In this document: positions 27,204 to 35,271 of the stretch, in pieces | How positions within the stretch are numbered: the stretch's first letter is position 1 | Layout of the letters: each line of letters opens with the position of its first letter | Origin: an uncultured Candidatus Saccharibacteria bacterium | GTDB taxonomy: Bacteria > Patescibacteriota > Minisyncoccia > 2-02-FULL-40-12 | Length of the DNA stretch: 64,000 bases | Assembly (NCBI GenBank): GCA_964368135.1 | Contig: CAYIZI010000002.1 | Coordinates: 16,241-80,240, forward strand | Direction of reading: 5' to 3' | The notes under the pieces: generated by a model | Told to the model about the DNA's origin: nothing | The model's database searches: none | The model's input: only the letters and a program-made list of their open reading frames with translations | Program-made: the position numbers and the translations under genes

Positions 27204-28208
27204 TCATTTTTTATGGATATATTTAATGGGATGTTTCTGAATTTCGCTCCAAGAATCATTTATCCATTTTATTACTTCATCAACGCCTTTTTCTAATTTT
27301 ACTTTTGGCTTCCAATTGAGCCGCTTGGCAGTATTAACAAAATTTAACTTATAAGTGGCATCTTGGGCTGGTCGGCCAGCGCTTATTTCAACTGAATCAT
27401 TAAAATTTACTCCCATCTTCCGACAAACGAGCGATACTAAATCTTTTATCATTATATTTTTCTCGCTGGAAAAGTGATAAACTTCTCCGGGCTGGCCTTT
27501 TGAAATAATTTTATGGATGCCTCTAATAACGTCCTCAATATGAATAAAGCTCCGGCTAATCAATCCTCCTTGATGTAAAGGAATTTTCTGGCCCTTTTTT
27601 ATTAAAACAATTGATTTCGGGATTATTTTAAAAAGCTGCTGGTGCGGTCCATAAACATTAGCCGACCGGACAAAAGAAACCGGAAAATTAAATTTCTTAA
27701 AAAGGGTAATTAAAAACAAATCGCCAGCCCCTTTTGAAGCGGCGTAAGGAGTCGAGGGATTAAAGTAGTTAGGATTTTCGTCTCCTTTGTACGAACCATA
27801 TACTTCAGGAGTTGAAATTTGAATGTATTTTTTCAAATAACTTCTGTCTTTCAAACGATTGGTTAAATTCACGATGGCCAGAGTGTTTGTTCGGAACCAA
27901 TCTTCAGACCTTTGCCAGCTTACTTCCACAATGCTTTGGGCAGCAAAGTTTATTATAACCTCTGGTTTCTCTTTATCAAAAATTTTTATGATCTTATCTA
28001 AGTCTTTATTCAAATCAAGCTGATAAAAACTGAATCTTGAAGCTTGTGGCCTTTGCTTTTTGTAAAGATACGGTAAAAAAACCGCTGACTTCTCTGGCGA
28101 ACGGCTTAAACCAAGAACTTTAAAATCTGTGTTCTTTAGAAAATAGTCAACGCAGTGGCTCCCAGAAAATGAATTACTCCCAATAATAGCAATTTTCTTT
28201 ACTCTCAT
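27204..28208 (-). CDS. NDP-sugar 4,6-dehydratase/epimerase family protein
   Basis: Motifs GSNSFSG, ISTPEVYG, PYAASK and NVYGPHQ. Confidence 0.88.
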   Translation of the reverse strand: MRVKKIAIIGSNSFSGSHCVDYFLKNTDFKVLGLSRSPEKSAVFLPYLYKKQRPQASRFSFYQLDLNKDLDKIIKIFDKEKPEVIINFAAQSIVEVSWQRSEDWFRTNTLAIVNLTNRLKDRSYLKKYIQISTPEVYGSYKGDENPNYFNPSTPYAASKGAGDLFLITLFKKFNFPVSFVRSANVYGPHQQLFKIIPKSIVLIKKGQKIPLHQGGLISRSFIHIEDVIRGIHKIISKGQPGEVYHFSSEKNIMIKDLVSLVCRKMGVNFNDSVEISAGRPAQDATYKLNFVNTAKRLNWKPKVKLEKGVDEVIKWINDSWSEIQKHPIKYIHKK

Positions 28209-28220
28209 AAATTTTATAAG

Positions 28221-29306
28221 TTAAAAAGGGCCTTTAAAATCTTTATCTGGCACATCAAGCGGTGTGATTCTATTTTTTTCTTCCTCTTTAATCAAAACTT
28301 CTAACTTTTTCCTGTTTCCGCCGACCATCTTAACAACTTTTCTGGCAATATCTATATACCTTGGATAATAATACTTTGCTAAGGCCGGCGTTGAGGGAGT
28401 CGGCAAATCAGGAGAAGTGATTCTTTGAGGATTGGTTAAAAGTTTAACCTTTTGATTTTCAGAAACAGCCGCAATAATCTCTGCGGCGGCGCCAAAACTT
28501 TTATAGCCAAGGTCAGCAACCAGTAACCTTTTTGTTTTAGATACAGAATCAAAAATAGTTTGTTCGTCTAATGGTTTTAGAGTTCTTACATCTATAATTT
28601 CCGGATTTATTCCCATTTTCTTTAATAAATTTGCGGCTTTAATGGATTCAATCGTCATATGGGAAGTTGAAACGATAGTGATCGCCTCCCCTTTTTTAAC
28701 GATGCTGGCTTTGCCAATAGGAACTTTATAATAACCGCTTGGAACTTGCCCAAAAGTATCATGAAGCCAGCGATGGTCAATATAAATAACTGGGTTATTG
28801 TCTTCAATCGCCGAAACCATTAAACCTTTGGCATCAGCCGGGGTTGACGGCATCACTACTTTCAAACCCGGAATATGGGCATAAACTGCCTGGAGGTTTT
28901 GAGAATGTTGAGCCCCCTGTCCCCAACCCATACCAATAGTCACCTTAATGACCAAAGGAACTGACTGCCTGCCGCCAAACATATAATGCCACTTAGCCGC
29001 ATTATTAATTACTTGTTCTAACGCAAGTAAGCTAAAATCAACTCTTTGATGAGTCAAAACGGGCCGCATCCCGCTAATCGCCGCTCCAATACAGACGCCG
29101 GTTATGCCATTTTCAGAAACCGGCATATCCATTACTCTATTTCCCCCATATTTTTTTTGAAGCCCCACTGTAGCACCAAAAATCCCTTTCGGATCAGGAA
29201 CACCTAAACCTATCACAAAAACCGATCTATCTTTTTTTAAAGATAGATCTAATGCCTCATTAATGGCTTGAACATAGGTTATATTATGCGCCGTAGAGCC
29301 CTTCAT
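28221..29306 (-). CDS. Pyruvate dehydrogenase E1-beta/transketolase-like subunit
   Basis: Motifs DMPVSENG, GAQHSQ, PGLKVVMP and IDVRTLKPLD; the start position is uncertain. Confidence 0.88.
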   Translation of the reverse strand: MKGSTAHNITYVQAINEALDLSLKKDRSVFVIGLGVPDPKGIFGATVGLQKKYGGNRVMDMPVSENGITGVCIGAAISGMRPVLTHQRVDFSLLALEQVINNAAKWHYMFGGRQSVPLVIKVTIGMGWGQGAQHSQNLQAVYAHIPGLKVVMPSTPADAKGLMVSAIEDNNPVIYIDHRWLHDTFGQVPSGYYKVPIGKASIVKKGEAITIVSTSHMTIESIKAANLLKKMGINPEIIDVRTLKPLDEQTIFDSVSKTKRLLVADLGYKSFGAAAEIIAAVSENQKVKLLTNPQRITSPDLPTPSTPALAKYYYPRYIDIARKVVKMVGGNRKKLEVLIKEEEKNRITPLDVPDKDFKGPF

Positions 29307-30249
29307 ATAAATATTCCTTTGGTGGGAATTTGCTTTTTTTAGCAAAATCAAACGCCTCTTTTATCTTTTCTTCTACATCTTTTTTGATTTTATCCAACTC
29401 CTTTTGAGAAACTATCTTATTTTTAAGAAGGTGACCCTCAAAATGCCTAACCGGATCTTTTTTCTTCCATGCCTCCACTTCTTTCTTATCCCTATATCCT
29501 AAATGATCATCATAAAACGGACCGCAATGTTCACGCCACCGATAAGTTAAAAACTCCAAAAATACCGGGCCTTCCCCTTTTCTTATTTTCTTAACCGCCT
29601 CGGAAACAGTTTTATAAATATCTAAAACATTATTGCCGTCGTGCTGGGAAGCGGTTATGCCATGCCCTTCAACTAATTTATAAATGGGGCGATTTGGCTG
29701 TCTTTCTGATAAAGGGGTGTAAACCGAGAAAAAATTATTTTCGCAGACAAATAAAATCGGCAATTTTTTAAAAGCGGCGAAGTTTAAACTTTCATGAAAA
29801 ACTCCTTCTTCAGCCGTTCCATCGCCTATAAAAGCAACTGTAATTTTATTTTTACCTTTTAATTTATTAGCAAAAGCGGCGCCAACGGCGATGGGCATAC
29901 TATTTCCGACAATTGGAGTAGCTCCGCCAAAACCAGCCTCAAGATCAATTAAATGCTGGGAACCGCCTTTCCCTTTGGAACAACCTGTCTCTTTTCCGTA
30001 AATTTCGGCAATCATTTTATCTAAGTCTCCTCCTTTAGCCAGATAATGAGCATGGCAACGGTGAGTGCTGTAAACAATGTCATCTTTTTTTAAATTTTCG
30101 CAAACCCCGACTGCCACAGCTTCCTGACCAATAGATAAATGAACCGGACACCGCATTTCCTGATCCGGATATCTTTTAGCAATCTCTTCGTCAGTCAACC
30201 TGATTAAGAGAAGTTTTTGGTATAAAGATAAAAGTAGTTTTAAAGACAT
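29284..30249 (-). CDS. Pyruvate dehydrogenase E1-alpha-like ThDP subunit
   Basis: HLSIGQEA, STHRCH, GDG...ENN ThDP motif and YRWREH. Confidence 0.9.
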   Translation of the reverse strand: MSLKLLLSLYQKLLLIRLTDEEIAKRYPDQEMRCPVHLSIGQEAVAVGVCENLKKDDIVYSTHRCHAHYLAKGGDLDKMIAEIYGKETGCSKGKGGSQHLIDLEAGFGGATPIVGNSMPIAVGAAFANKLKGKNKITVAFIGDGTAEEGVFHESLNFAAFKKLPILFVCENNFFSVYTPLSERQPNRPIYKLVEGHGITASQHDGNNVLDIYKTVSEAVKKIRKGEGPVFLEFLTYRWREHCGPFYDDHLGYRDKKEVEAWKKKDPVRHFEGHLLKNKIVSQKELDKIKKDVEEKIKEAFDFAKKSKFPPKEYLYEGLYGA

Positions 30250-30253
30250 AAAA

Positions 30254-32038
30254 TTAATTTGAAGAAATATCTAACGGCTTTACTATCATATTTTCTAAAA
30301 ATTCTTTTCTTTCCAAGAATGGCTCCGGGTCTTCATTTGGCCGTCCAAACTTAACTTGAGGGACGACCCGATGTTCCGGCTTGATTTCAACATTGCAAAA
30401 AACCGGACCCCTACTCTTGAAAACATCCCTTATTTTATCACTCAATTCACTATTTTTGGCAATATTTACGGTTTTAAAACCATAGGCCTTAGCCACCCTT
30501 AAAAAGTCGGGAAAGGCGAGCCCTCCTTTAATTGAAGAGGCAAAGTACTTTGAGCCCAACCACTGGTCTTGAGTTTGCTGAATCATGCTGTGGCCATGGT
30601 TATTAATCAAAAATATCTTAATCGGCAACTTATGCCTTATTACCGTGGCCAACTCCTGAATATTCATCTGTAAAGCTCCGTCGCCAGTTACGCAAATAAT
30701 CGGTCTTTTATTTAAGGCAAAACTTGCTCCAATCGCCGCCGGCAAGGCCCAACCCATAGCTGTATTGTTCCAGTCATGATAAAGCCGCTGATTCTTTTTA
30801 AATTCAAACCCTTGCATCATCCAAGCCACGGTGCAGCCAGTATCAATAACAATAGCCTCGCCTTCCCGGCACTCGTTTGAAAGTTCTTTAACAAATACAT
30901 ATGGATTCACCTCTTTTTGTTTTTGGTATTCGGACAAGCACACAGGATATTTATTTTTCCAAAAAATAATCTGCTTAAACCACTCAGAAATATTTTGTTT
31001 TTCAATGTGAAAAATTTTACTATTCATCATTTTCAAAAAATCTTTAGCATCTGCTTTAATAATTAAATCAACATTCAGCCCAAATTTCTTAAACTTACCA
31101 AGCTCGTAAGGGTCAATATCGATAAATACTTTTTTGGCCTCTCTGGCAAAAGTATTAGGAGGACTGCCGGTGGCTTTGGTATCCAACCTCGTACCAATAG
31201 TTAAAACCAAATCAGAATTTTGAACGGCAAAATTAGCATAGCGAGTACCGTGAGTGCCAAATGTGCCGACTAACAAGGGGTGATTGGCTGACAATAAATC
31301 AGCTATACCCCAAGTGGGCACTACCGGGAAACCTAATTTATTTATAAATTCTTCCGCTTCCTTGTCTGCTTTTGCCAAACGAATCCCCCACCCCAAAACC
31401 ACAACTGGCCTTTTGGCTGTTTTGATAAATTCAAGACATTGTTGGATCTGGCTACCTAATTTATTCGAAGTTTTAGTTTCAGATTTTGACGGGCTAAAAG
31501 ATTTCAACTTAACAGGATTGATTTCTTCTCTTTGAATATTGTCAGGTATATCAATTAATACTGGGCCGGGCCGGCCGGACTTGGCAATATAGCAGGCTTT
31601 TTCCAACTCATAACGTATTTTGGATGGCTCATCTATCAAAACCGCATATTTAGTTATTGGTTTATAAATATCCAAAGTATCTGTCTCTTGAAAACCAATC
31701 TGCCTCACTCCGGTATTGCCTTTCATCCTGAATGTGGCGACCTGGCCGGTAATGAAAATCACCGGCACCGAATCATAATAAGCCGAGCAGACACCGGTCA
31801 TCATATTGGTTGCCCCTGGTCCGCTGGTTGAAACTGCCGCACCCAAATTTCCGGTTGCCCTGGAATAACCATCAGCCGCCATTGCTCCGGCCTGTTCATG
31901 CTGGGGACAAACAAAGTCTATACCCGGAGTGTCGGCAATAGCGTGAATCAAATGCAAAGACGCACCTCCAGATACCGCAAAAACGTATTTGATTCCTTGC
32001 TTCTTCAAAAATTGAGCGACATAATTAGAAAGTTTCAT
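30254..32038 (-). CDS. ThDP-dependent acetolactate-synthase-like enzyme (YerE-like)
   Basis: Motifs HEQAGAMAADGY, TSGPGATN, GFQE and GDGALQMNIQEL..NN; likely start MKLSNY. Confidence 0.88.
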   Translation of the reverse strand: MKLSNYVAQFLKKQGIKYVFAVSGGASLHLIHAIADTPGIDFVCPQHEQAGAMAADGYSRATGNLGAAVSTSGPGATNMMTGVCSAYYDSVPVIFITGQVATFRMKGNTGVRQIGFQETDTLDIYKPITKYAVLIDEPSKIRYELEKACYIAKSGRPGPVLIDIPDNIQREEINPVKLKSFSPSKSETKTSNKLGSQIQQCLEFIKTAKRPVVVLGWGIRLAKADKEAEEFINKLGFPVVPTWGIADLLSANHPLLVGTFGTHGTRYANFAVQNSDLVLTIGTRLDTKATGSPPNTFAREAKKVFIDIDPYELGKFKKFGLNVDLIIKADAKDFLKMMNSKIFHIEKQNISEWFKQIIFWKNKYPVCLSEYQKQKEVNPYVFVKELSNECREGEAIVIDTGCTVAWMMQGFEFKKNQRLYHDWNNTAMGWALPAAIGASFALNKRPIICVTGDGALQMNIQELATVIRHKLPIKIFLINNHGHSMIQQTQDQWLGSKYFASSIKGGLAFPDFLRVAKAYGFKTVNIAKNSELSDKIRDVFKSRGPVFCNVEIKPEHRVVPQVKFGRPNEDPEPFLERKEFLENMIVKPLDISSN

Positions 32039-32043
32039 ATATT

Positions 32044-32244
32044 TTAAATATGCCAAGGCATTTTATCTTTAAGAGTTATAAAAAGTGAACCGTCGCGATA
32101 GCTTGTCGGCATCTGTTCAAGTTTCTCAACTATTTGCCAATTAATTTTTTGGGCAAAAAGATTAACGCCAATTTTTTTAAAATGACTAAAAATATATTTG
32201 GCATTTGTCTCATTGCCCACCTCCGTAATAGCATCAGTAGTCAA
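32044..32244 (-). CDS. Small ORF or gene remnant
   Basis: 66-aa TTG-start ORF that exactly fills the gap between the SDR and ThDP genes. Confidence 0.35.
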   Translation of the reverse strand: MTTDAITEVGNETNAKYIFSHFKKIGVNLFAQKINWQIVEKLEQMPTSYRDGSLFITLKDKMPWHI

Positions 32245-33059
32245 CTATTTATACTCCCGAACTTTCTTAATTTAAATAGATGCCGATCTTCAGCTAATTT
32301 TCTTTCAAGTTCTTTATCGCCCCAGTCATCATGAATAACACTGATATTGCGTCCGCTCACAATTTTTTTAGGCGCATTAACTGCCCAATCGCAGCAATCA
32401 AGAACGCGCTCCATCGGGGTAAAGTCATCGGTTTTAAATTTTTCAAGAGTCCGCTGATAACTTTCTCCGGCTTTTAAACCGGCTTCAATTATCTGATTGT
32501 GAATTTTTGTCTTGACCCAGCCAGGGCCAACGGTAACGAAACGGGTATCCGGAATTTCGGCATCCAAAAGTTCGCACATTTTAACGGTCGCTATTTTAGA
32601 AATCGTATAAGCCGAGGAGTTCACCGGCGCGTTATTAATTCCGCCTGCTGAAAAAAATAAAACGCAGGGCTCCAAATTAGACTTAATTCTTCTTGTCGGG
32701 AGCAACTCATGGACTAACTGCATCTGGCCAGTAAAATTTGTTTTAAACGAATTGTCCCAATCATCAAAGTTAGAGTCATTAAAAGAACCAACTGGTTTTA
32801 ATAAACCAACGGATATAACTAAAATATCCCACGCTTGGCAAATTTTTTTAAACTCGCCGGCTGCTTTGTGAACCGACGAAGAATCTGAAACATCGCAGTG
32901 TATAAGACTGACATCATCTTTTTTTAATTCTTTAACCTCTGGAGATAATGTTTTATAAGTCCCGAATATCTTCCAGCCGCGCCTTAACCACCTATCAGCT
33001 ATAGCTAAACCAATATCGCTTGAAATACCAATTATAATTACCGATTTATTCTTTTCCAT
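32241..33059 (-). CDS. SDR-family oxidoreductase
   Basis: Motifs GISSDIG, SAYTISK (YxxxK) and GPGWVKT. Confidence 0.88.
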   Translation of the reverse strand: MEKNKSVIIIGISSDIGLAIADRWLRRGWKIFGTYKTLSPEVKELKKDDVSLIHCDVSDSSSVHKAAGEFKKICQAWDILVISVGLLKPVGSFNDSNFDDWDNSFKTNFTGQMQLVHELLPTRRIKSNLEPCVLFFSAGGINNAPVNSSAYTISKIATVKMCELLDAEIPDTRFVTVGPGWVKTKIHNQIIEAGLKAGESYQRTLEKFKTDDFTPMERVLDCCDWAVNAPKKIVSGRNISVIHDDWGDKELERKLAEDRHLFKLRKFGSINS

Positions 33060-33060
33060 T

Positions 33061-34053
33061 TTAAATCAAATTTATTGATTTCATTAATTTGACATTATGA
33101 TAAATCGGGTTATTTATGCCGTATTTAATCAAGCCTTTTTCAAAAGCTTTGGCGATATTCAAAACCGCATCTTCAATCTTGAATTTTGGAATAAAACCTA
33201 ATTCTTCTTTAATTTTCTCCGAATTAAGATGATAAGACCTTTCATCGTGAGTATTCACTTTTTCTATATTAATATCTTTTTCTATATTATTTTCTTTTAA
33301 AATCTGGGCTATCAATTTAGCCGTATCTTCCACATTCATATTTAAAAAACCAGCGTTAAATACTTTTTCATTTACTTTTTGTTCCGGCGCTTCAAGTAAA
33401 AGTTTATAAACTCTAATCATATCTTCAATATTAATTTGGGGCCTTAACTGGGTTCCGCCAAAAACCAAAATTTTTTTATTGACTAAAGCATGAATTGTTA
33501 GGGTATTTACAAGCAAATCCAAGCGCATTCGGGAAGCATAACCGCAAACACTGCCCGGCCGCACGATTACATAGTTTTTTAAATTAGATTTTCTTAAAAC
33601 ATTCTCGCAGTATAATTTATACTTGCCATAGTCTGTAATGGGTTTGCCTCTGACATTTTCAGTTACCTCCCCGTCTTGAACTCCATATATGCTGGCCGAA
33701 CTGGCAAATACCAGCCTTTTAATTTTGTTTCTTTTAACGGTTTCAAGAACATTGAAAAAAGCGTCGTAATTTATTGATTTGCCAAGCTCCGGATTCAGCT
33801 CAAAGCTCGGGTCATTGGAAATACAGGCCAAATGAATAAGATAATCAATTCCTCGCCCGGCTTTTATCAGTTTTTCCCTATCTCTTATATCCCCTTTTAT
33901 CTCTATTAAATTTTTATTCTTTATTTCCCTAAAGACATCGCCATATAAATATAAATCATAAACTGCCACTTTATAGCCGTCCTTAAGCAAGCTTGGCACC
34001 AAAGCTGAACCAACATAACCCGCCCCGCCGGTGATTAAAATTGTTTTATTCAT
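33061..34053 (-). CDS. NAD-dependent NDP-sugar epimerase/dehydratase
   Basis: Motifs TGGAGYVG, HLACISNDP and YGKYK. Confidence 0.9.
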   Translation of the reverse strand: MNKTILITGGAGYVGSALVPSLLKDGYKVAVYDLYLYGDVFREIKNKNLIEIKGDIRDREKLIKAGRGIDYLIHLACISNDPSFELNPELGKSINYDAFFNVLETVKRNKIKRLVFASSASIYGVQDGEVTENVRGKPITDYGKYKLYCENVLRKSNLKNYVIVRPGSVCGYASRMRLDLLVNTLTIHALVNKKILVFGGTQLRPQINIEDMIRVYKLLLEAPEQKVNEKVFNAGFLNMNVEDTAKLIAQILKENNIEKDINIEKVNTHDERSYHLNSEKIKEELGFIPKFKIEDAVLNIAKAFEKGLIKYGINNPIYHNVKLMKSINLI

Positions 34054-34056
34054 AAA

Positions 34057-35133
34057 TCAGCTTAAAGTGTTTTTGATAAAATTAACCAAGCTCTTTTTAG
34101 TAATTGATTCTTTATTACCAATAATATCTACGGCTAAAGCCCCAACTGCATTTCCGATGAAACAGATCAGTTCCAGAGGAACTTTGTTATAGATTAAGGG
34201 CGAACTAATGGCAAAAAAGGCGTCGCCAGCACCAACTTTATCAATATCCTTAACTGCAATAGAGGGGACTTTACACACCTCTATCTTGCTTTTATTTTTA
34301 TAACCAATAGAGCCGTTAGGTCCATGGGTAACAATCATAAATTTAGAGCGCACTTTTTCAAATATACCCTTAGCCACTTCCTCTAATTCGCCGTCTTTTG
34401 TCCGGCGATCCAATCTAATTTCCCGCTCATCAAGACATAAATAATCTGCTTTTGGATAAAAAGAGATGGTATGATAACCAAAGTTACCGGCATTAACTTG
34501 AGTATTCACCGACAAAAACTTAGCCTTAGCGACTAAAAGATCTCTTGATTTTTGATTGAGCATAGCATGACCGAAATCTGTACAAACTACTAAATCGTAT
34601 TTGGAAAGAAGCGGCTTTAATTTTTTAACCAATTCATCAGTTTGCTCTTTGGTTAATTCACTATCATCTATTACATAAAATTCCAAAAGCTTGCGAAAGG
34701 TAACGTCTTCCAAGAATCTCCTTTTAATTATTGTCGGCGAACTTTTCTTATAAAAAAACAGCGGCTTTATATTCTTTCTTAAATTCTGCCTTATAAATCT
34801 CTCCTGCGAATCTTTTTCGCCAAGCATCGCAAAAAGACCAACTTCTTTGCAAAAATCGGCTAAATGATTAGCCACGGCTAAAGAGCCACCGGGATATAAC
34901 TCCCTTTTTATATATTTCAAGACGATTATCGGTTCTTTGGCTGACTTACCGATCACCGAACCAAATTGGTACTCATCAATAATTGCTTCGCCAACCACCA
35001 GAACTTTTAAGTCTTTAAGATTTTCAAGGCATTCCAAAATGTAATCAAGAGAATATTGCTTGGAAAACTGCTTCAAATAATTTTGAACCTCTTCAGAATA
35101 ATAATTTTGGGGCGATGATTTGATTTCAGTCAT
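34057..35133 (-). CDS. PfkB-family sugar kinase, HldE/RfaE domain I-like
   Basis: Motifs VVGEAIIDEY, GGSLAVAN, DFGH and DKVGAGDAF. Confidence 0.88.
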   Translation of the reverse strand: MTEIKSSPQNYYSEEVQNYLKQFSKQYSLDYILECLENLKDLKVLVVGEAIIDEYQFGSVIGKSAKEPIIVLKYIKRELYPGGSLAVANHLADFCKEVGLFAMLGEKDSQERFIRQNLRKNIKPLFFYKKSSPTIIKRRFLEDVTFRKLLEFYVIDDSELTKEQTDELVKKLKPLLSKYDLVVCTDFGHAMLNQKSRDLLVAKAKFLSVNTQVNAGNFGYHTISFYPKADYLCLDEREIRLDRRTKDGELEEVAKGIFEKVRSKFMIVTHGPNGSIGYKNKSKIEVCKVPSIAVKDIDKVGAGDAFFAISSPLIYNKVPLELICFIGNAVGALAVDIIGNKESITKKSLVNFIKNTLS

Positions 35134-35271
35134 AGTTAATACTTCCCCTTCTCTTTTAAACTAAACAATACTATAATAGATTATAGAAACTTTCTGTTTC
35201 TGTCCAGAACCTTTTTGGGTTCTGATGAACCTTCAAAAAACAGAATAAAGTGAAACATAAGGAGACCGACA

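Noticed and set aside
29292-29294. ACG codon at the position where the E1-beta start might be expected
   Set aside because: An in-frame ATG four codons upstream (29306) is sufficient, so a non-canonical start is not needed.
28221-32056. Central-metabolism PDH and ilvB calls
   Set aside because: No E2/E3, ilvN/H, ilvC or ilvD in the window; the genes are embedded among NDP-sugar enzymes.
35172-35271. Cobalamin riboswitch upstream of the radical SAM gene
   Set aside because: Too short, and no B12-box or other conserved riboswitch elements were recognised.
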